Positions 20,357 through 31,547 of a stretch of 64,000 nucleotides of DNA are shown in pieces. Below the pieces are notes generated by a model. The model was not told where the DNA came from, did no database searches, and was given only the letters and a program-made list of their open reading frames with translations. How positions within the stretch are numbered: position 1 is the first letter of the stretch; every line of letters starts with the position of its first letter. The DNA comes from Methanotrichaceae archaeon. GTDB taxonomy: Archaea; Halobacteriota; Methanosarcinia; Methanotrichales; Methanotrichaceae. The stretch is from assembly GCA_963813075.1 (NCBI GenBank), contig CAWEXU010000004.1:256001-320000 (forward strand), in the 5' to 3' direction. The translations under genes were made by a program, and so were the position numbers.

Positions 20357-20877
20357 TGACACTGCCTTGACCTCGCTGCCTCCAGCACAATGGCTAAAGT
20401 TACTGCCTCATTAAACCGGCCCGTATCCACCACCAGATCGTACACTGTAAGGTCATTGATATCAATATTATAGTACTTTTTGTACCTGCGAGCCTCGCTC
20501 TCCTCTCGCTGCCGCGTCTCCTGCAAGGCGTCCTCCAGCAGCTTTGACTCTCGCTTGCATATCCGCTCCGCTCTCGTCCTCAGATCGGTCTTCAGCAAAA
20601 CCTTCAGATCGGCATCCAGGAGATGGCCGGACAGCCTCCCCTCGAAGACCCCCTGTCCCTCTTTGGCTAAAGACCTCTGGGCGTCATCGATGAGATAGTC
20701 GATCTCCGGACCCTTCTCTGCCATGCGGTTCATCTCCTTGACGGAAATGTTCTTCTCGCTGGCGATCTTGCGAAAAAGCTCCCCAGAGTTGACCCAGGAG
20801 AGGCCAAGCTGGGCAGCGAGGGCCCTTGCCAGGGTGGTGGTTCCCGTGCCCGGCGAGCCGCTAATGGTGACTATCAT
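20353..20877 (-). CDS. cmk: Cytidylate kinase
   Basis: ISGSPGTGTTT, EGRLSG; conserved operon position. Confidence 0.92.
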   Translation of the reverse strand: MIVTISGSPGTGTTTLARALAAQLGLSWVNSGELFRKIASEKNISVKEMNRMAEKGPEIDYLIDDAQRSLAKEGQGVFEGRLSGHLLDADLKVLLKTDLRTRAERICKRESKLLEDALQETRQREESEARRYKKYYNIDINDLTVYDLVVDTGRFNEAVTLAIVLEAARSRQCQ

Positions 20878-20887
20878 ATTATCATCT

Positions 20888-21496
20888 TCAGCTCATGCTC
20901 CCTATGTCCAGAGCCTTTCTGATGATCTGCGATACAGGCAATGAGCAGACGAAATACCAGTAGAACCAGTAGAGGATCGGCCCTAAAACCATATCGTTTA
21001 TATTATGCGTCCCCCAGAAGGGGAAGGTCATGCTAATTGCACCGGCGTTATGAATGTAGAAATATATCCACATGAACAGGGGAATGGATATGATGCCGAT
21101 GTAGAGCATGGGTTTGAACTGCATCTGCATCATCTTGCCCTGCTCTGAGACCATCTTCATCTGCTCAGTCTGCAAAGATTGAATCTTGGCCTGATCACCA
21201 GCCAGCTGAGCGGCCTTCATATTGGTCTGCAGAGATCTCATCTTCTCCTGCTGGCGGCGCATAAAATCCCAGTCCATGGTGTACTTCTGAACCAGGCTGG
21301 CATAAAGGCCGGTTATGGCCGCCAGGATGAAGAGGATAACCGGAAAGGACAGCCCCGTTCCTGGCAGCCATCCCAGCAAGAGGTTCATGACCTCTCCTAA
21401 TAGATTCCTATAATCCTCGATCATCACCCCGAAAAAAAGGAGGATGCCCAGGACTAGGGCTGCTCTATCGAGCGTACTGGACATGGATCGATTCAT
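20888..21496 (-). CDS. DUF106 / EMC3-TMCO1 (Oxa1 superfamily) membrane protein
   Basis: TM-coiled coil-FKPM-TM, WYFVCS; position after secY. Confidence 0.9.
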   Translation of the reverse strand: MNRSMSSTLDRAALVLGILLFFGVMIEDYRNLLGEVMNLLLGWLPGTGLSFPVILFILAAITGLYASLVQKYTMDWDFMRRQQEKMRSLQTNMKAAQLAGDQAKIQSLQTEQMKMVSEQGKMMQMQFKPMLYIGIISIPLFMWIYFYIHNAGAISMTFPFWGTHNINDMVLGPILYWFYWYFVCSLPVSQIIRKALDIGSMS

Positions 21497-23106
21497 GCGG
21501 AAGCTCCAAAGAACTTCTGCATCATCGGGTACATCTCCTGAATCTGCTCACTGGCTATCTGCTCATACAGCCTGTATACTATGCTCACCGCCAAAAGCAG
21601 ACCGGTACCACCAGCACCACCCAGTGTTCCCAGGAGGCTGGCAATCAGGGTCAGGACCCCAATGATCACTCCGCCGATCACAGTTACCTTTGGAATGTAC
21701 CGCTCCATCAGCTTCTCAATGGAGGCGGGGTTTCTCCTGTAGCCAGGAACCTGCAATCCAGAGTTATGGATCTTGGCAGCGACGCTCTTGGGCCCCATTC
21801 CGGTGGTTTCAATCCAGAATATGGCGAACAGAATGCCGCCGATGATCAGGAAAGCAGAGTCTGTGAGCACATGCAAGAGGATCTGCCAGCCGGCTATGGG
21901 CGAGAATCCAAGTTCCGTCATCCCTGCGGTGGAGGTGGTCACCATGCTGGGAATCCAGTCACTCGGCCCACCGATGGGTGAGAGGTAATACATGAGCCCC
22001 GACACCGGCTGGGGAGACGATCCGCTGATGGCCGCACCGGAGGCAGAATCAAACTGGGACTGGGATATGAAATTGCCCAGGAGGCTGGAGTAGCCGGTGT
22101 AGACCGTGGTCACTCCCTCGCCGGTTACAGTAGCGGAGGAGACTGTTCCAAGCCTGGACGAAAGCAATGCCCCCAGCATCTCGATGTTGGCCTGAATGGC
22201 CCTCACCAGAATCATGGGAAGGACTGATGCATAGACCAGCTTCACCGGGAAGCGGCCTCTAGCACCGCGCACCCGGCTGTGAGCCAGAGGTATCTCAATT
22301 CTTGTCGACTCCACCAGCACGACCAGCAATATGATCAGAATGGTGGATATCAGAGCCAGAATTCCGCCGGTGATGAAGATGAACCGCAGGCCCTCAGAGG
22401 TGAAGAGAGTATCAAAGCTGATCAGTTGCAGCCTGATGATATCAATCCACTTGGGAATGATCCCTACAGAGAGTCCGGCGTCGCCAGTTGCCGGATTGAT
22501 CAGACCGGTGACCAGCTGCTGGCTGATTCCCGCCACGATGAACAGGCCCACGCCCGATCCTACGCCCCACTTGGATACTACCTCATCCATATAGACGATA
22601 AGAGAGCCGCCTATAAAGACCTGGATAAATATTAATAAAGATATTACGCCCAGGGAGACGCCTAAAGCGCTCGCAACATTTGCATCTGGCAATAGATAGC
22701 CGCCCAGAACCTGGGGCAAGCCCTCCACTGCCACCATCAGAAAGACCAGAGCCTTTTGCGTGCCCTGATAGATGGCCTGATCCCGGGGGTCGCTCAGGTT
22801 AAGCTTGATTATATCCGCGCCCACCAGAAGCTGAAGCACAATGGATGCCGTAACGATTGGGCCGATACCCAAAAGCATCATCGTTCCGAAGGACCCGGCA
22901 AAAAAGGCACGATACGAGCTGAAAAGATCTATAGATGCTGCGGAAAGCCCAAAGAGGGGTATATTTCCAAGGATGAAATACAGGAGCAGTATGGCAAGAG
23001 TCCAGGTTAGCTTTCTCTTAAAATGGACGTGCCCTGTGGGCCGCTCCACCGATGGGAGCCGGCGCACAAAGGGCTCTATCGCATAAAAGAAACTCTGCTG
23101 GTTCAT
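21493..23106 (-). CDS. secY: Preprotein translocase SecY
   Basis: LGIGPIVTASIVLQLL, WGVGSGVGLFI, GTGLLLAV. Confidence 0.97.
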   Translation of the reverse strand: MNQQSFFYAIEPFVRRLPSVERPTGHVHFKRKLTWTLAILLLYFILGNIPLFGLSAASIDLFSSYRAFFAGSFGTMMLLGIGPIVTASIVLQLLVGADIIKLNLSDPRDQAIYQGTQKALVFLMVAVEGLPQVLGGYLLPDANVASALGVSLGVISLLIFIQVFIGGSLIVYMDEVVSKWGVGSGVGLFIVAGISQQLVTGLINPATGDAGLSVGIIPKWIDIIRLQLISFDTLFTSEGLRFIFITGGILALISTILIILLVVLVESTRIEIPLAHSRVRGARGRFPVKLVYASVLPMILVRAIQANIEMLGALLSSRLGTVSSATVTGEGVTTVYTGYSSLLGNFISQSQFDSASGAAISGSSPQPVSGLMYYLSPIGGPSDWIPSMVTTSTAGMTELGFSPIAGWQILLHVLTDSAFLIIGGILFAIFWIETTGMGPKSVAAKIHNSGLQVPGYRRNPASIEKLMERYIPKVTVIGGVIIGVLTLIASLLGTLGGAGGTGLLLAVSIVYRLYEQIASEQIQEMYPMMQKFFGASA

Positions 23107-23480
23107 ACCACTACTGCCTGACCACCAGCAGCCTCGATCTTGCTCTTAGCCGTGGCGGTGAATCCCAAAGCCTTAACCTCCAGCTTCCGGGTTACCCTGC
23201 CTCGTCCGAGAACCTTCAATTCATTGATCTCAACCTTGCCGTCCGGGCCGGCCAGCTGATCCAGCTCATCGACATTGACCACATCGATCTCCTCGGCCAG
23301 GGGCAGCCGGACGAAACCGTGCTTGCCCATATCGGTGCCCAGAAGTATGGATCGCATGAAGTGATGCTTGCATTTGCCTGAATCTCCACGGCCGCCGCGG
23401 GTTCCCCCTCCGCGCATATTCTTGTGCTTGCCGTGGTAGGTCCTGTGACCTCTCTTTTCTTTGGTCTTTGGTCTAACCAT
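23103..23480 (-). CDS. rpl15: 50S ribosomal protein uL15
   Basis: RGGGTRGGRG, KVLGRG, KIEAAGG. Confidence 0.95.
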   Translation of the reverse strand: MVRPKTKEKRGHRTYHGKHKNMRGGGTRGGRGDSGKCKHHFMRSILLGTDMGKHGFVRLPLAEEIDVVNVDELDQLAGPDGKVEINELKVLGRGRVTRKLEVKALGFTATAKSKIEAAGGQAVVV

Positions 23481-23486
23481 TTTTCT

Positions 23487-23942
23487 CTACCTCATCCTCT
23501 TGATAAGATCCGCTAAATCCTGGTGGAATCCCAGATCCCCACCCTGTTGTGCGGTCTTCTTGGTAGTCCTTAAGCCCTTCCGAGCAGGGTGCAGCCTGAA
23601 GAGGGGCTTGATTTGCAGATCTTTCAGACTGGCAGAGCCGGAGTTGATGGCTTCAGCCAGTTCCTTAAAAGATGAGTAAGGTGTGTTCTCCTTTAAATAC
23701 TGCTCTGTCAGGCGGCGGTTAGCGCTAAGCCTGCCTCTTCTTTCTAAGAGCATGGCAAGAGTATCATCATCTATCTTGCCCCAGGCCACATAGTCCTTGA
23801 CCTTCTGGATCATACCCCGGTAATGGGGGTCTTCTTTGACCACCACGCAGTGGTTGACCCTATGAACATGGAGCATCGCCAGGGTATCCTTGATCTCTGG
23901 CCTGACGTTCACCTCACCTCTCAATCTCACTATGGCAAACAT
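23487..23942 (-). CDS. rpl30: 50S ribosomal protein uL30
   Basis: AIVRLRG, FRLHPARKG. Confidence 0.95.
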   Translation of the reverse strand: MFAIVRLRGEVNVRPEIKDTLAMLHVHRVNHCVVVKEDPHYRGMIQKVKDYVAWGKIDDDTLAMLLERRGRLSANRRLTEQYLKENTPYSSFKELAEAINSGSASLKDLQIKPLFRLHPARKGLRTTKKTAQQGGDLGFHQDLADLIKRMR

Positions 23943-23944
23943 AT

Positions 23945-24568
23945 TCAGGTCCTCACTGTTATGGTGTTTATGAGCGCATTATATGTCGCTTTAGCGAAGT
24001 TGATGGTGGTCCTGGTGGAGCCTGCCGTCCTGGTCCAGACGTCCTTGATCCCGGCCATGTCCATGACCTTCTTGCTCGTATCTCCAGCAGCTATGCCCAG
24101 GCCGCGAGGCGCGGGGATGAGCACTACCCGGACGCTTCCGGACTCGCCCACCACCTGATAGGGCACAGTGTGAGGCTGGCCGCAACCGCATTCCCAACTG
24201 CCGCAGCCCCGGTTCACCTTCATGATGTTCCTCTTGGCGTTATCGATACCCTTTTTGATGGCTTTTCCCACCTGGACATCCTTTCCCTCGCCAAGGCCAA
24301 TGTAGCCGTCTCTGTTGCCCACAATGACTGTGGTCCTGAACTTGACCCTCCTTCCGGAGTCAGTCATCCTCTGAACCATATTGATATCCAGAACCTCGTC
24401 CTCTAGCCCTGGTATGAGCGCATCTATCAGTCCTGCCTCTTTTATGGGCAGGCCGGATGCGATGGCCTCATCGAAAGTGGTTACCTGCCCCTCGAAGACC
24501 AGCTTTCCCAGCCTGGTCTTGGGGATCCACTCCTCTTGGTAGAAATCGCGTTTCTTCTTCTGATCCAT
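23945..24568 (-). CDS. rps5: 30S ribosomal protein uS5
   Basis: [20 protein letters not shown]. Confidence 0.97.
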   Translation of the reverse strand: MDQKKKRDFYQEEWIPKTRLGKLVFEGQVTTFDEAIASGLPIKEAGLIDALIPGLEDEVLDINMVQRMTDSGRRVKFRTTVIVGNRDGYIGLGEGKDVQVGKAIKKGIDNAKRNIMKVNRGCGSWECGCGQPHTVPYQVVGESGSVRVVLIPAPRGLGIAAGDTSKKVMDMAGIKDVWTRTAGSTRTTINFAKATYNALINTITVRT

Positions 24569-24572
24569 ACAC

Positions 24573-25091
24573 TCACCCCAGTATCTTCTCCCTGGCAGCC
24601 TCGAACTGGGCTACAGTGTCATTTCCTTTGTAGCTTTTAATGTGCTCGCCTCGGATCCTCTCCTCATCCGGGAAGATCTCGGGGCTGTGGGGCACATCCA
24701 CTCCGGCATCTACAACCCCTTTTATGGCGGCGTAGATCCTGTTTCCTTTGGTGGAGGCATGCAGCCCAATGTCTGGTATTCCTCCGTCCACCCCCAGAGC
24801 GAGCATCTTCTTGCCGAAGAGCAGGCCTGTCAGGTATGCTGCCGGCAGATTGCCAACAGCGGTAGAGAATCCAAAGTCTCTAAGCTCCCGTGAGTTCACT
24901 GTCAGAAGGGTCTTGTCTCCTTCCAGCTCTGCCACAACCAACTGCAGAGTGGTGCTGGCATTGCTCTTCCTGACTACAACTCTCGGTCTCTTGGATAAGA
25001 GTAGCTTATATCTTACATGATAGTTGGTCCTGCCCTCTTTCCTTCTTCGGAGGGGGACCTTATATCTTGGTCCTGTTGCCAAGTCACTCAC
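24573..25091 (-). CDS. rpl18: 50S ribosomal protein uL18
   Basis: [27 protein letters not shown]. Confidence 0.96.
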   Translation of the reverse strand: MSDLATGPRYKVPLRRRKEGRTNYHVRYKLLLSKRPRVVVRKSNASTTLQLVVAELEGDKTLLTVNSRELRDFGFSTAVGNLPAAYLTGLLFGKKMLALGVDGGIPDIGLHASTKGNRIYAAIKGVVDAGVDVPHSPEIFPDEERIRGEHIKSYKGNDTVAQFEAAREKILG

Positions 25092-25545
25092 CCCGGGCGA
25101 GGCTCTTGGCCTTAATATAGGAGTTCATATGCGCAGTGCTCCTGTACTCGCCGCCTTTCGATTTGCGATATAGCAGGCGGTATGCATGCCGGTCAATCTG
25201 GCCGGAATCCCGCAATTCCCTGAGCCTCTTTCGGAGAGCCCGAATCTTGGTCATCCACAGCTCTTTTCTTGGGCTTCGAGCACCCTTGGCTCCCCTCCGG
25301 TGTCCATGCCCCTTACAGTGTCCATAGGCTCTCTTGAGATTCTTGGCCCGGATTCTGCCCCGGCTGTTGCCTTTCTTTGGCTTGGCCTTGATGTTGCCCT
25401 CGCTGATCTGAGAGCGGATATCTTCCCGGGTGATGGCATCGCTCAAAGTTCCTGCCACCTCGGGATCGGGGTTGATCCAGACCCGGCTTTCGCCGATCTT
25501 CAGCTCAGAAGCCGCCAGACGACGCTGGGTAGTAAGTCCCGGCAT
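25084..25545 (-). CDS. rpl19e: 50S ribosomal protein eL19
   Basis: QRRLAA, RVWINP, AITREDIR. Confidence 0.96.
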   Translation of the reverse strand: MPGLTTQRRLAASELKIGESRVWINPDPEVAGTLSDAITREDIRSQISEGNIKAKPKKGNSRGRIRAKNLKRAYGHCKGHGHRRGAKGARSPRKELWMTKIRALRKRLRELRDSGQIDRHAYRLLYRKSKGGEYRSTAHMNSYIKAKSLARGE

Positions 25546-25548
25546 ATT

Positions 25549-25923
25549 CTAGGCACCTCCTTTGGGATTGAGCACCTTCAGGCCCATCTCTGCAGCCTTG
25601 GACTGGATTTCCAGCCTCTTTTTCATGCCCACTGCGGAGGCTATGCGCACCGCGCAGCCTTCTGCACCGGCCAGCTCTGCCACATTGTTCACTCTGACCT
25701 CAGCCAGCCCGCTGGGATGATACCCCCTGACGGCGGTTGGGCTTCCATAGCCAGGTTTGACCGTCCTGCCTTTAGCAGCTATATGCTGCCGGAGCTTATT
25801 GTGCAGGCCGCGAGGCTTTCGCCAGCTGGTGGTAAGCTTCTTCTTTTTATGTGAATCATGAAAGTTGAACTCGGGCTTTTTGGACTTTTGCCTGGTTCTG
25901 ACTCTTAGCAATCTTTCTGCCAT
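25549..25923 (-). CDS. rpl32e: 50S ribosomal protein eL32
   Basis: WRKPRGLHNK, GYGSP, HPSG. Confidence 0.96.
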   Translation of the reverse strand: MAERLLRVRTRQKSKKPEFNFHDSHKKKKLTTSWRKPRGLHNKLRQHIAAKGRTVKPGYGSPTAVRGYHPSGLAEVRVNNVAELAGAEGCAVRIASAVGMKKRLEIQSKAAEMGLKVLNPKGGA

Positions 25924-25929
25924 CCGAAT

Positions 25930-26460
25930 TCACCTCTTTTCGGTCAGGTATACCCCATCCTGGAATATCCTGATATCGAAGCCATGCACCCTGGTCGCCT
26001 GCTCGATATTGGCCATGGTCTGGCCAACATGCTCCTTGTCGATGCCTGTTATCACGACTTCGTCTTTGCCTATCTCGACCTTGGTTCCTGGCAGAACCCG
26101 AGCAGATCGAGACTTCCTCTCGCCGAGGAAGTTGTTTATGATCAGCTCGTCGGAAGCGGCCTTGAGCTGGATGGGGAAGTGGGAGTACACGACCTTCATC
26201 CTGTACTCATATCCTTTTGTAACGCCAACAATCATGTTGTTTATGTGAGAGGCCAGCGTTCCCACCATTGCTCTGTGGCGCTTGCGATCGACCCTGGAAT
26301 TCACGACTACCTGAAGATCCTCTTTGCGAATCTCCAGATCGGGATAGGAGAGCGTCCGGGATATCTCGCCTTTCGGTCCCTTAACCGTGACGACATTCCT
26401 GTCCACGGAGACTGTAACTCCTTCCGGGATCTCTACCTGTCGCGCAATCTCTTTGACCAT
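25930..26460 (-). CDS. rpl6: 50S ribosomal protein uL6
   Basis: IPEGV, YSHFP, NFLGE, DIRIFQDG; start at MVKEIAR. Confidence 0.96.
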   Translation of the reverse strand: MVKEIARQVEIPEGVTVSVDRNVVTVKGPKGEISRTLSYPDLEIRKEDLQVVVNSRVDRKRHRAMVGTLASHINNMIVGVTKGYEYRMKVVYSHFPIQLKAASDELIINNFLGERKSRSARVLPGTKVEIGKDEVVITGIDKEHVGQTMANIEQATRVHGFDIRIFQDGVYLTEKR

Positions 26461-26468
26461 CAGACCAC

Positions 26469-26867
26469 CTAATATACATACGCCAGGAGCTGTCCGCCCA
26501 GGGACTGTGCTCTGGCATCGGAGTGGGCCATGACCCCTTTGTTGGTGCTCAGTATCAGCACCCCAAAGTTCTTGGCAGGGAGGAATCTCTTCTCCCACTT
26601 CTCCATCTCCGTAGCCTTGGTGGAAAACCGCGGCTTGATGACACCACAGCGGTTGATCCTCCCCAGGAGCTTTACCCGGAACATTCCTGACTTTCCATCA
26701 TCGATAAACTCAAACTCGCCGATGTATCCCCGATCCGCCATAACCTTCAGGGCCCTTCCTATGACCTTGGAGGCGGGATGGATGATACATTCAGGCTTGC
26801 CTACGCTCTCCGCATTCTTTATTACGGACATTGCATCGGCCAGTGGATCCAATAACACTGCAACCAC
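26469..26867 (-). CDS. rps8: 30S ribosomal protein uS8
   Basis: [27 protein letters not shown]. Confidence 0.96.
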   Translation of the reverse strand: MVAVLLDPLADAMSVIKNAESVGKPECIIHPASKVIGRALKVMADRGYIGEFEFIDDGKSGMFRVKLLGRINRCGVIKPRFSTKATEMEKWEKRFLPAKNFGVLILSTNKGVMAHSDARAQSLGGQLLAYVY

Positions 26868-27020
26868 CTACGAATACTTTTCAAATCCCATTTCAGGGGC
26901 GATCTCTCGGAAGCACTGCCGGCAAAGGTAAATACCGTACTTTCTTACCAGGCCGTTTTTGCGGCTGCAACGTTTGCAAACGTTAGCTCCTCTTCCATAG
27001 ACTCTCTTGCCTTTCTTCAT
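26868..27020 (-). CDS. rps14: 30S ribosomal protein uS14 (zinc-binding)
   Basis: Manual translation [18 protein letters not shown]...[19 protein letters not shown]; not in the ORF track. Confidence 0.96.
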   Translation of the reverse strand: MKKGKRVYGRGANVCKRCSRKNGLVRKYGIYLCRQCFREIAPEMGFEKYS

Positions 27021-27532
27021 GCTGCCTCCAAGACCTCAATGCCGAACTTTTTCTTGACGAACTCCACAGTATCGCCTTTGCCCAGCCTCTGCCTGCCTGG
27101 CAGCTTCTTCTGGGCCACCCTTCGCCTGGCTATTCTATAGCCGGCCCTCTTCAGGGCTACGGATACATCCATGCCGAAGATTCCGATCTCCGGGTCATAT
27201 CTCATCCCTGGAAAGTCGGTGTGCTCCTCGATCCCGAAGGAGAAGTTGCCCTGCTCGTCAAACTGGCTTTTTCTCAGGCTGTTGCCCGCGGCTTTGAAGG
27301 CTAAGACCAGAAAGTCCTCTGCCGCCTTGCCCCGCAGGGTCAGCTTTGCCCCAATGGGCTCATTCTTTTTGATATTGAACGTGGGCAGAGTCTTTTTGGC
27401 CATAGAGCGGACTGGATGCTGATGGGTTATTGCCTTCATGATCGTCTCCGCGTTCACCAGCCTCTGGCCGCTCTCTCCTACCCCCACATGCACGACGACT
27501 TTGTCGATGCGGGGCTCGAGCATAACATTCAT
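27017..27532 (-). CDS. rpl5: 50S ribosomal protein uL5
   Basis: [22 protein letters not shown]. Confidence 0.96.
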   Translation of the reverse strand: MNVMLEPRIDKVVVHVGVGESGQRLVNAETIMKAITHQHPVRSMAKKTLPTFNIKKNEPIGAKLTLRGKAAEDFLVLAFKAAGNSLRKSQFDEQGNFSFGIEEHTDFPGMRYDPEIGIFGMDVSVALKRAGYRIARRRVAQKKLPGRQRLGKGDTVEFVKKKFGIEVLEAA

Positions 27533-28234
27533 CTGGTAGCCCCCAGCTTGATGACGGGACTGTCTGTTCCGATCATATAGACGTACTCCTCGATGGTCTC
27601 GAACTCCTTATCACCGGATATTATGACCCGGTTGGGCTGGGAGCTCTTCACCTTTATGATCTCCTTAATCATGCCCATCTGACCGCTATGCTTTCCGCCC
27701 ACGACCATGGCCAGGTTGCCGACCTTGAACTCGATCCGTTCGTCGATGCTCTTTTCCGGTATGGATAGGACCAGAGAGTCGCCCACCTTATAGTCGCCTT
27801 CGGCCAGCTTATTCGAGCCATCGGAGAGGTTGAGCTGCTGCTTGTTGCCCTTGAGGACGGTCTTGTTCTCAATCCGGGCCAGCTTTCTTGCTGCTCCCGG
27901 CTCAAGGAGGCTCAGATAGAACATCCCTTTCTCGTCTTTCAGCATTCTGTACTGCTGGTCAAGGAGTGGCAGGCCGATCACATCGAATATCCCTATAGGG
28001 AGCTTGTGGTCCTTCTGGGACTTGCCGTCCACCAGGACCTTGCCCTCATAAAGGACCCTTTTGGCCTCACGGGCATTATCAACCAGCTTGAGCATATCTC
28101 TGATCACCATCAAGAGAGGCATGCTCTCCTGAGATGAATGAGGGCCCCGGGCTGCTCTTGGCCACCCAAACGCTGGTCTTTCTGGCCACCGGCCAGCTAA
28201 CCGGGATAGTTAGTCTCTTCTGATGTCGGCTCAA
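27529..28234 (-). CDS. rps4e: 30S ribosomal protein eS4 (apparent 1-nt frameshift near 28143)
   Basis: N-terminus MSRHQKRL...SPGP then HSSQESMPL in the next frame; GGKHSG. Confidence 0.93.
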
Positions 28235-28589
28235 GCAGATCGCCTCTCGAATATTTTCTCCCTCTCTGCATCCTCAAGCTCGAGCTTGACGATAATCACA
28301 TTAGAGGGGTGAATGGTCCTGGGTACTTCAGTTCCATCGGCACGGTAGTTGCTCACTCCCGCCACCTTTATGGTGCATCTCTTGATATCTACATCCTCGA
28401 CTGCACCTTCAGTGCCGGCGTGATCTCCACGCACAACCTTCACTGTGTCTCCCTTGCGGATCTGGGCATTGCGCTTCTAAGCTCTTCACGCAGGGCCCGG
28501 CTCAAGGGTGCATGCATGTATTTTTGACGCCTGTGCAGCGGTGCGGTGTACCTCTCCTTCCGCTGCTTTCTGGGCTGTTTCGTAATCAT
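28231..28589 (-). CDS. rpl24: 50S ribosomal protein uL24 (apparent 1-nt frameshift near 28478)
   Basis: [11 protein letters not shown]...APLH then [13 protein letters not shown] in a shifted frame. Confidence 0.93.
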
Positions 28590-28596
28590 AAAATCA

Positions 28597-28995
28597 TCAC
28601 ACAATTATGGATGCGGCTGAGGCTATCTTGCCGAACCTCTCCGCTACCTCACGGGCTACAGGTCCCTTGACCTCTGATCCCTTGGGCACGCCCTCATCGT
28701 CCACTATGACGGCGGCGTTATCCTCGAACTTCACTCTGAGGCCGTCGGGCCTGCGAAACTCCTTTCTCTGGCGGATGATGACTGCTTTGAAGATCTGCTT
28801 TCTCATATCAGGAGTTCCTTTTTTGACAGACACGATCACTGTATCCCCGATTCCTGCGCAGGGCTGTCTATTTTTCACGCCTCGGTAATTCTTTACCGCG
28901 ATTACGTGTAGCGTCCGCGCACCTGTATTGTCTACACAATCCAGGTATGCGCCAGTGTTGATCGCCCTTGGGATCTTGGCCTTCTGTCCTCTCAT
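28597..28995 (-). CDS. rpl14: 50S ribosomal protein uL14
   Basis: [20 protein letters not shown]. Confidence 0.96.
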   Translation of the reverse strand: MRGQKAKIPRAINTGAYLDCVDNTGARTLHVIAVKNYRGVKNRQPCAGIGDTVIVSVKKGTPDMRKQIFKAVIIRQRKEFRRPDGLRVKFEDNAAVIVDDEGVPKGSEVKGPVAREVAERFGKIASAASIIV

Positions 28996-29321
28996 TTCAA
29001 GACCTCCACTACCACATAGGATTTGGTCTTGGAGAGGGGCCGACACTCCGCTATTTTGACACGATCTCCTACCTTGGCTTCAAGGCATGGAGGATTGTGC
29101 GCATGGATCTTGGACTGCCTCTTCTCAAATCGTTCATACTTCGTTGCTTTCTTTTCAAACTTGCGCATAACTACCACGGTGTTATCCATCTTGTCGCTGA
29201 CCACAGTGCAGCTAAAGACCTGGCCGCGTACAGGAAGGGTACCATGGAAGGGACACTTGGGATCGTCGCACTCCTTTTCCGGTGGGGCCACGTCCAGTCC
29301 GATATCCCTCATAATTTCCAC
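28992..29321 (-). CDS. rps17: 30S ribosomal protein uS17
   Basis: [20 protein letters not shown]. Confidence 0.96.
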   Translation of the reverse strand: MEIMRDIGLDVAPPEKECDDPKCPFHGTLPVRGQVFSCTVVSDKMDNTVVVMRKFEKKATKYERFEKRQSKIHAHNPPCLEAKVGDRVKIAECRPLSKTKSYVVVEVLK

Positions 29322-29602
29322 CTCGTCTTTTGCATTCTCTTGCTTATTCTGTTCTCAGGCTGTGAGATCAAAACCGAGCCCGCGACCCTCGCCCTCTGGC
29401 CGTCAGGCAGGGTGAAGGTCAGGCTGGCATTCTTTTTTGGAATGCGCAAGACCTTGCGCTCCGTCTCCAAAAGGAATGTGTTTCGGGTTTCGTCCACAAT
29501 CCTTCCTTCAAGCCCGACGATACCTGGCTCGCTATTCGATTCGACCTGAACATCCAGGCCGATCAGCTCGTGCCTCGCCAGGTTCGCGGGGTTGAGTCTC
29601 AC
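29309..29602 (-). CDS. rnp1: Ribonuclease P protein component 1 (Rpp29)
   Basis: [24 protein letters not shown]. Confidence 0.93.
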   Translation of the reverse strand: MRLNPANLARHELIGLDVQVESNSEPGIVGLEGRIVDETRNTFLLETERKVLRIPKKNASLTFTLPDGQRARVAGSVLISQPENRISKRMQKTRWKL

Positions 29603-29808
29603 TTCCTTCGCTCCGTCTGGACCGTCTTGATCCGGGCGATCGTCCTGCGGATGTCTTTGATTCTCCCCGGCTTCTCCGGGGCGCCACCGGCAGTGACAAC
29701 GCCTCTCTCGCGGATGAGCTCATTTTCGAGCTTATGCAGCTCCTCTGATATCTCTTCCGCATTCATGTTTCTGATCTCATCAATCTTGAAGATGGCCATT
29801 TGAATCAC
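29599..29808 (-). CDS. rpl29: 50S ribosomal protein uL29
   Basis: [15 protein letters not shown]...IARIKT. Confidence 0.95.
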   Translation of the reverse strand: MIQMAIFKIDEIRNMNAEEISEELHKLENELIRERGVVTAGGAPEKPGRIKDIRRTIARIKTVQTERRK

Positions 29809-30657
29809 TCATCCTTGACGACGGGCTCGCTATCGGTCCCCTCTTCTGTAAGGGGCTCGCTTTCTGGTGCGCTCTCGTCTACGGGAATGGGCGCTTCTTC
29901 CAGGGGTTCTGGCTTGACCTCTGCCGTCTCGGGCTCCGATTCCAGGAGCTGATCCAGGTCGCTCTTCTTCTCCTCCGCGGGTGCAGGTGCAGGAGCGGGG
30001 GCAGGAGCAGGGCGCGGCGGATGGTGTCGGTTCCGCTGCTGGTGCTGGTGCTGCTGGTGCAGCTGGAGCCTCAATCCGGAAGTCGTCAGGCAGCCGGACA
30101 TCCGGTGGGATGATCCTAACCTGGCAGCCGATGACTCCCAGCTTCTTTACCGCCACAGAGTAGCCTCTATCCACGAGGTCGATGGCCGGCTTGCCGGAAT
30201 GCTTGATGTAGCCGGAGATGAATTTCTCTGTTCGGGATCTGGGACCTGTTAGCTTTCCGCTGATCACTATCTCACAGCCTAAAGCCCCGGCGTCCATCAC
30301 CCTTCGCATCATGGACTGGCCTGCCTTCCGGAAGTACCATCCCCGTTCCAGGGATGATGCCAGACGGTTAGCCACCACTCTGCCGTTGAGGTCGCCCCGG
30401 CCCACATCCTGCACATCGATCTGGGGATTGTCCAGGTGGAACCTGCGGTCCAGGTCGCGGGTGATCTTGCGGATCAATTTTCCCCCTTTGCCTATGACCA
30501 TTCCCGGCTTTTCCGCATAGACGGTGATCTGGGTGCCCATGGGAGTACGGTTCATCTGCATGCCGCCGTATCCTGCTCTCTCCAGCTCATCAGCCAGATA
30601 CTCATTGACCAGGGCCTTGGTTATGCCCTCAGCCACGAACTTCTTCTCGACGGACAT
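29805..30657 (-). CDS. rps3: 30S ribosomal protein uS3 with Pro/Ala-rich acidic tail (1-nt frameshift near 30011)
   Basis: [24 protein letters not shown]; the tail continues in the 29805 ORF. Confidence 0.95.
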
Positions 30658-31124
30658 CAGCTCTTCACCTCGGTCAGGACCATCTCCACGGTCACCGTCT
30701 GGGTGTTCTTGGGGGTGGCTCTTCCCATGGCCCGGGGCATCCATCCCTGGATGGTCCTGCCCTTGAGAGTCCCGGCATGAAAGATCCTCAGTTTCTCGGA
30801 CTCCATGCCTTTGTACTCGCCATTGGCGATGGCATTGTCCAGGACCTTCAGGACCTCTTTTGCTGCCTTTTCGGGAAATCGTCCCGCATCCCAGCCTACC
30901 AGGCCATGCCTGTGGGCCACATTCCTGCTGTAGCGCTTGAAGGGGACCGCTTTCTTCAAAGCGATCACATCTTCCAGATAATCACGGGCACGGTTAGCCC
31001 GCATGCCTCTTAGCGTCCTGCAGATCTCACGGGCATGCTTAGGTGAGATGTGAAGCTCCATCCCCATGGCCCTTGATGAGCGTCCTGCAGGCGTAAGCGA
31101 ATAGTTCAATCTGCCCAATCTCAC
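30657..31124 (-). CDS. rpl22: 50S ribosomal protein uL22
   Basis: [24 protein letters not shown]. Confidence 0.96.
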   Translation of the reverse strand: MRLGRLNYSLTPAGRSSRAMGMELHISPKHAREICRTLRGMRANRARDYLEDVIALKKAVPFKRYSRNVAHRHGLVGWDAGRFPEKAAKEVLKVLDNAIANGEYKGMESEKLRIFHAGTLKGRTIQGWMPRAMGRATPKNTQTVTVEMVLTEVKS

Positions 31125-31127
31125 ACC

Positions 31128-31547
31128 TCACTTCAGCGGCACGTACTTGCTTGATCTGGTAGCGCCCACACCTGCGGCTCCGTGCTGGACGCGACCTCGC
31201 GTCAGAGCGAACTCGCCGAAGAAGTGCCCGATCATCTCGGGCATGACCTCTACCTTCTCAAAGCTCTTGCCGTTATAGATCTCGATGTTCTTGCCCACCA
31301 TATCCGGCAGAATTATCATGTTCCGGATGTGGGTTCGAACTGAGTCTTTGTTCTTCAGGTTCGCCAGAAGATTCTTGTTCTCCTTGGCAAGACCTCTCTT
31401 GATTGATCTTCGCTGCCGCGCTGGGAACAACCCGGCAAGCTCCTCTATGCTTAACTTGGCGAGGTCGGCCATCTTCCGGCCCCGATACAAGAACTCTTCC
31501 TTCCTCTTTGGAAGCTTGGATCCTGCTTTTTTAGCCAAAATAATCAC
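31128..31547 (-). CDS. rps19: 30S ribosomal protein uS19
   Basis: RTHIRNMIILP, GATRSSKYVPLK. Confidence 0.96.
   Translation of the reverse strand: MIILAKKAGSKLPKRKEEFLYRGRKMADLAKLSIEELAGLFPARQRRSIKRGLAKENKNLLANLKNKDSVRTHIRNMIILPDMVGKNIEIYNGKSFEKVEVMPEMIGHFFGEFALTRGRVQHGAAGVGATRSSKYVPLK

Noticed and set aside
27529..30657. Programmed frameshifting or pseudogenisation of rps4e, rpl24 and rps3
   Set aside because: No shared slippery motif; scattered 1-nt indels across the window are better explained by assembly error
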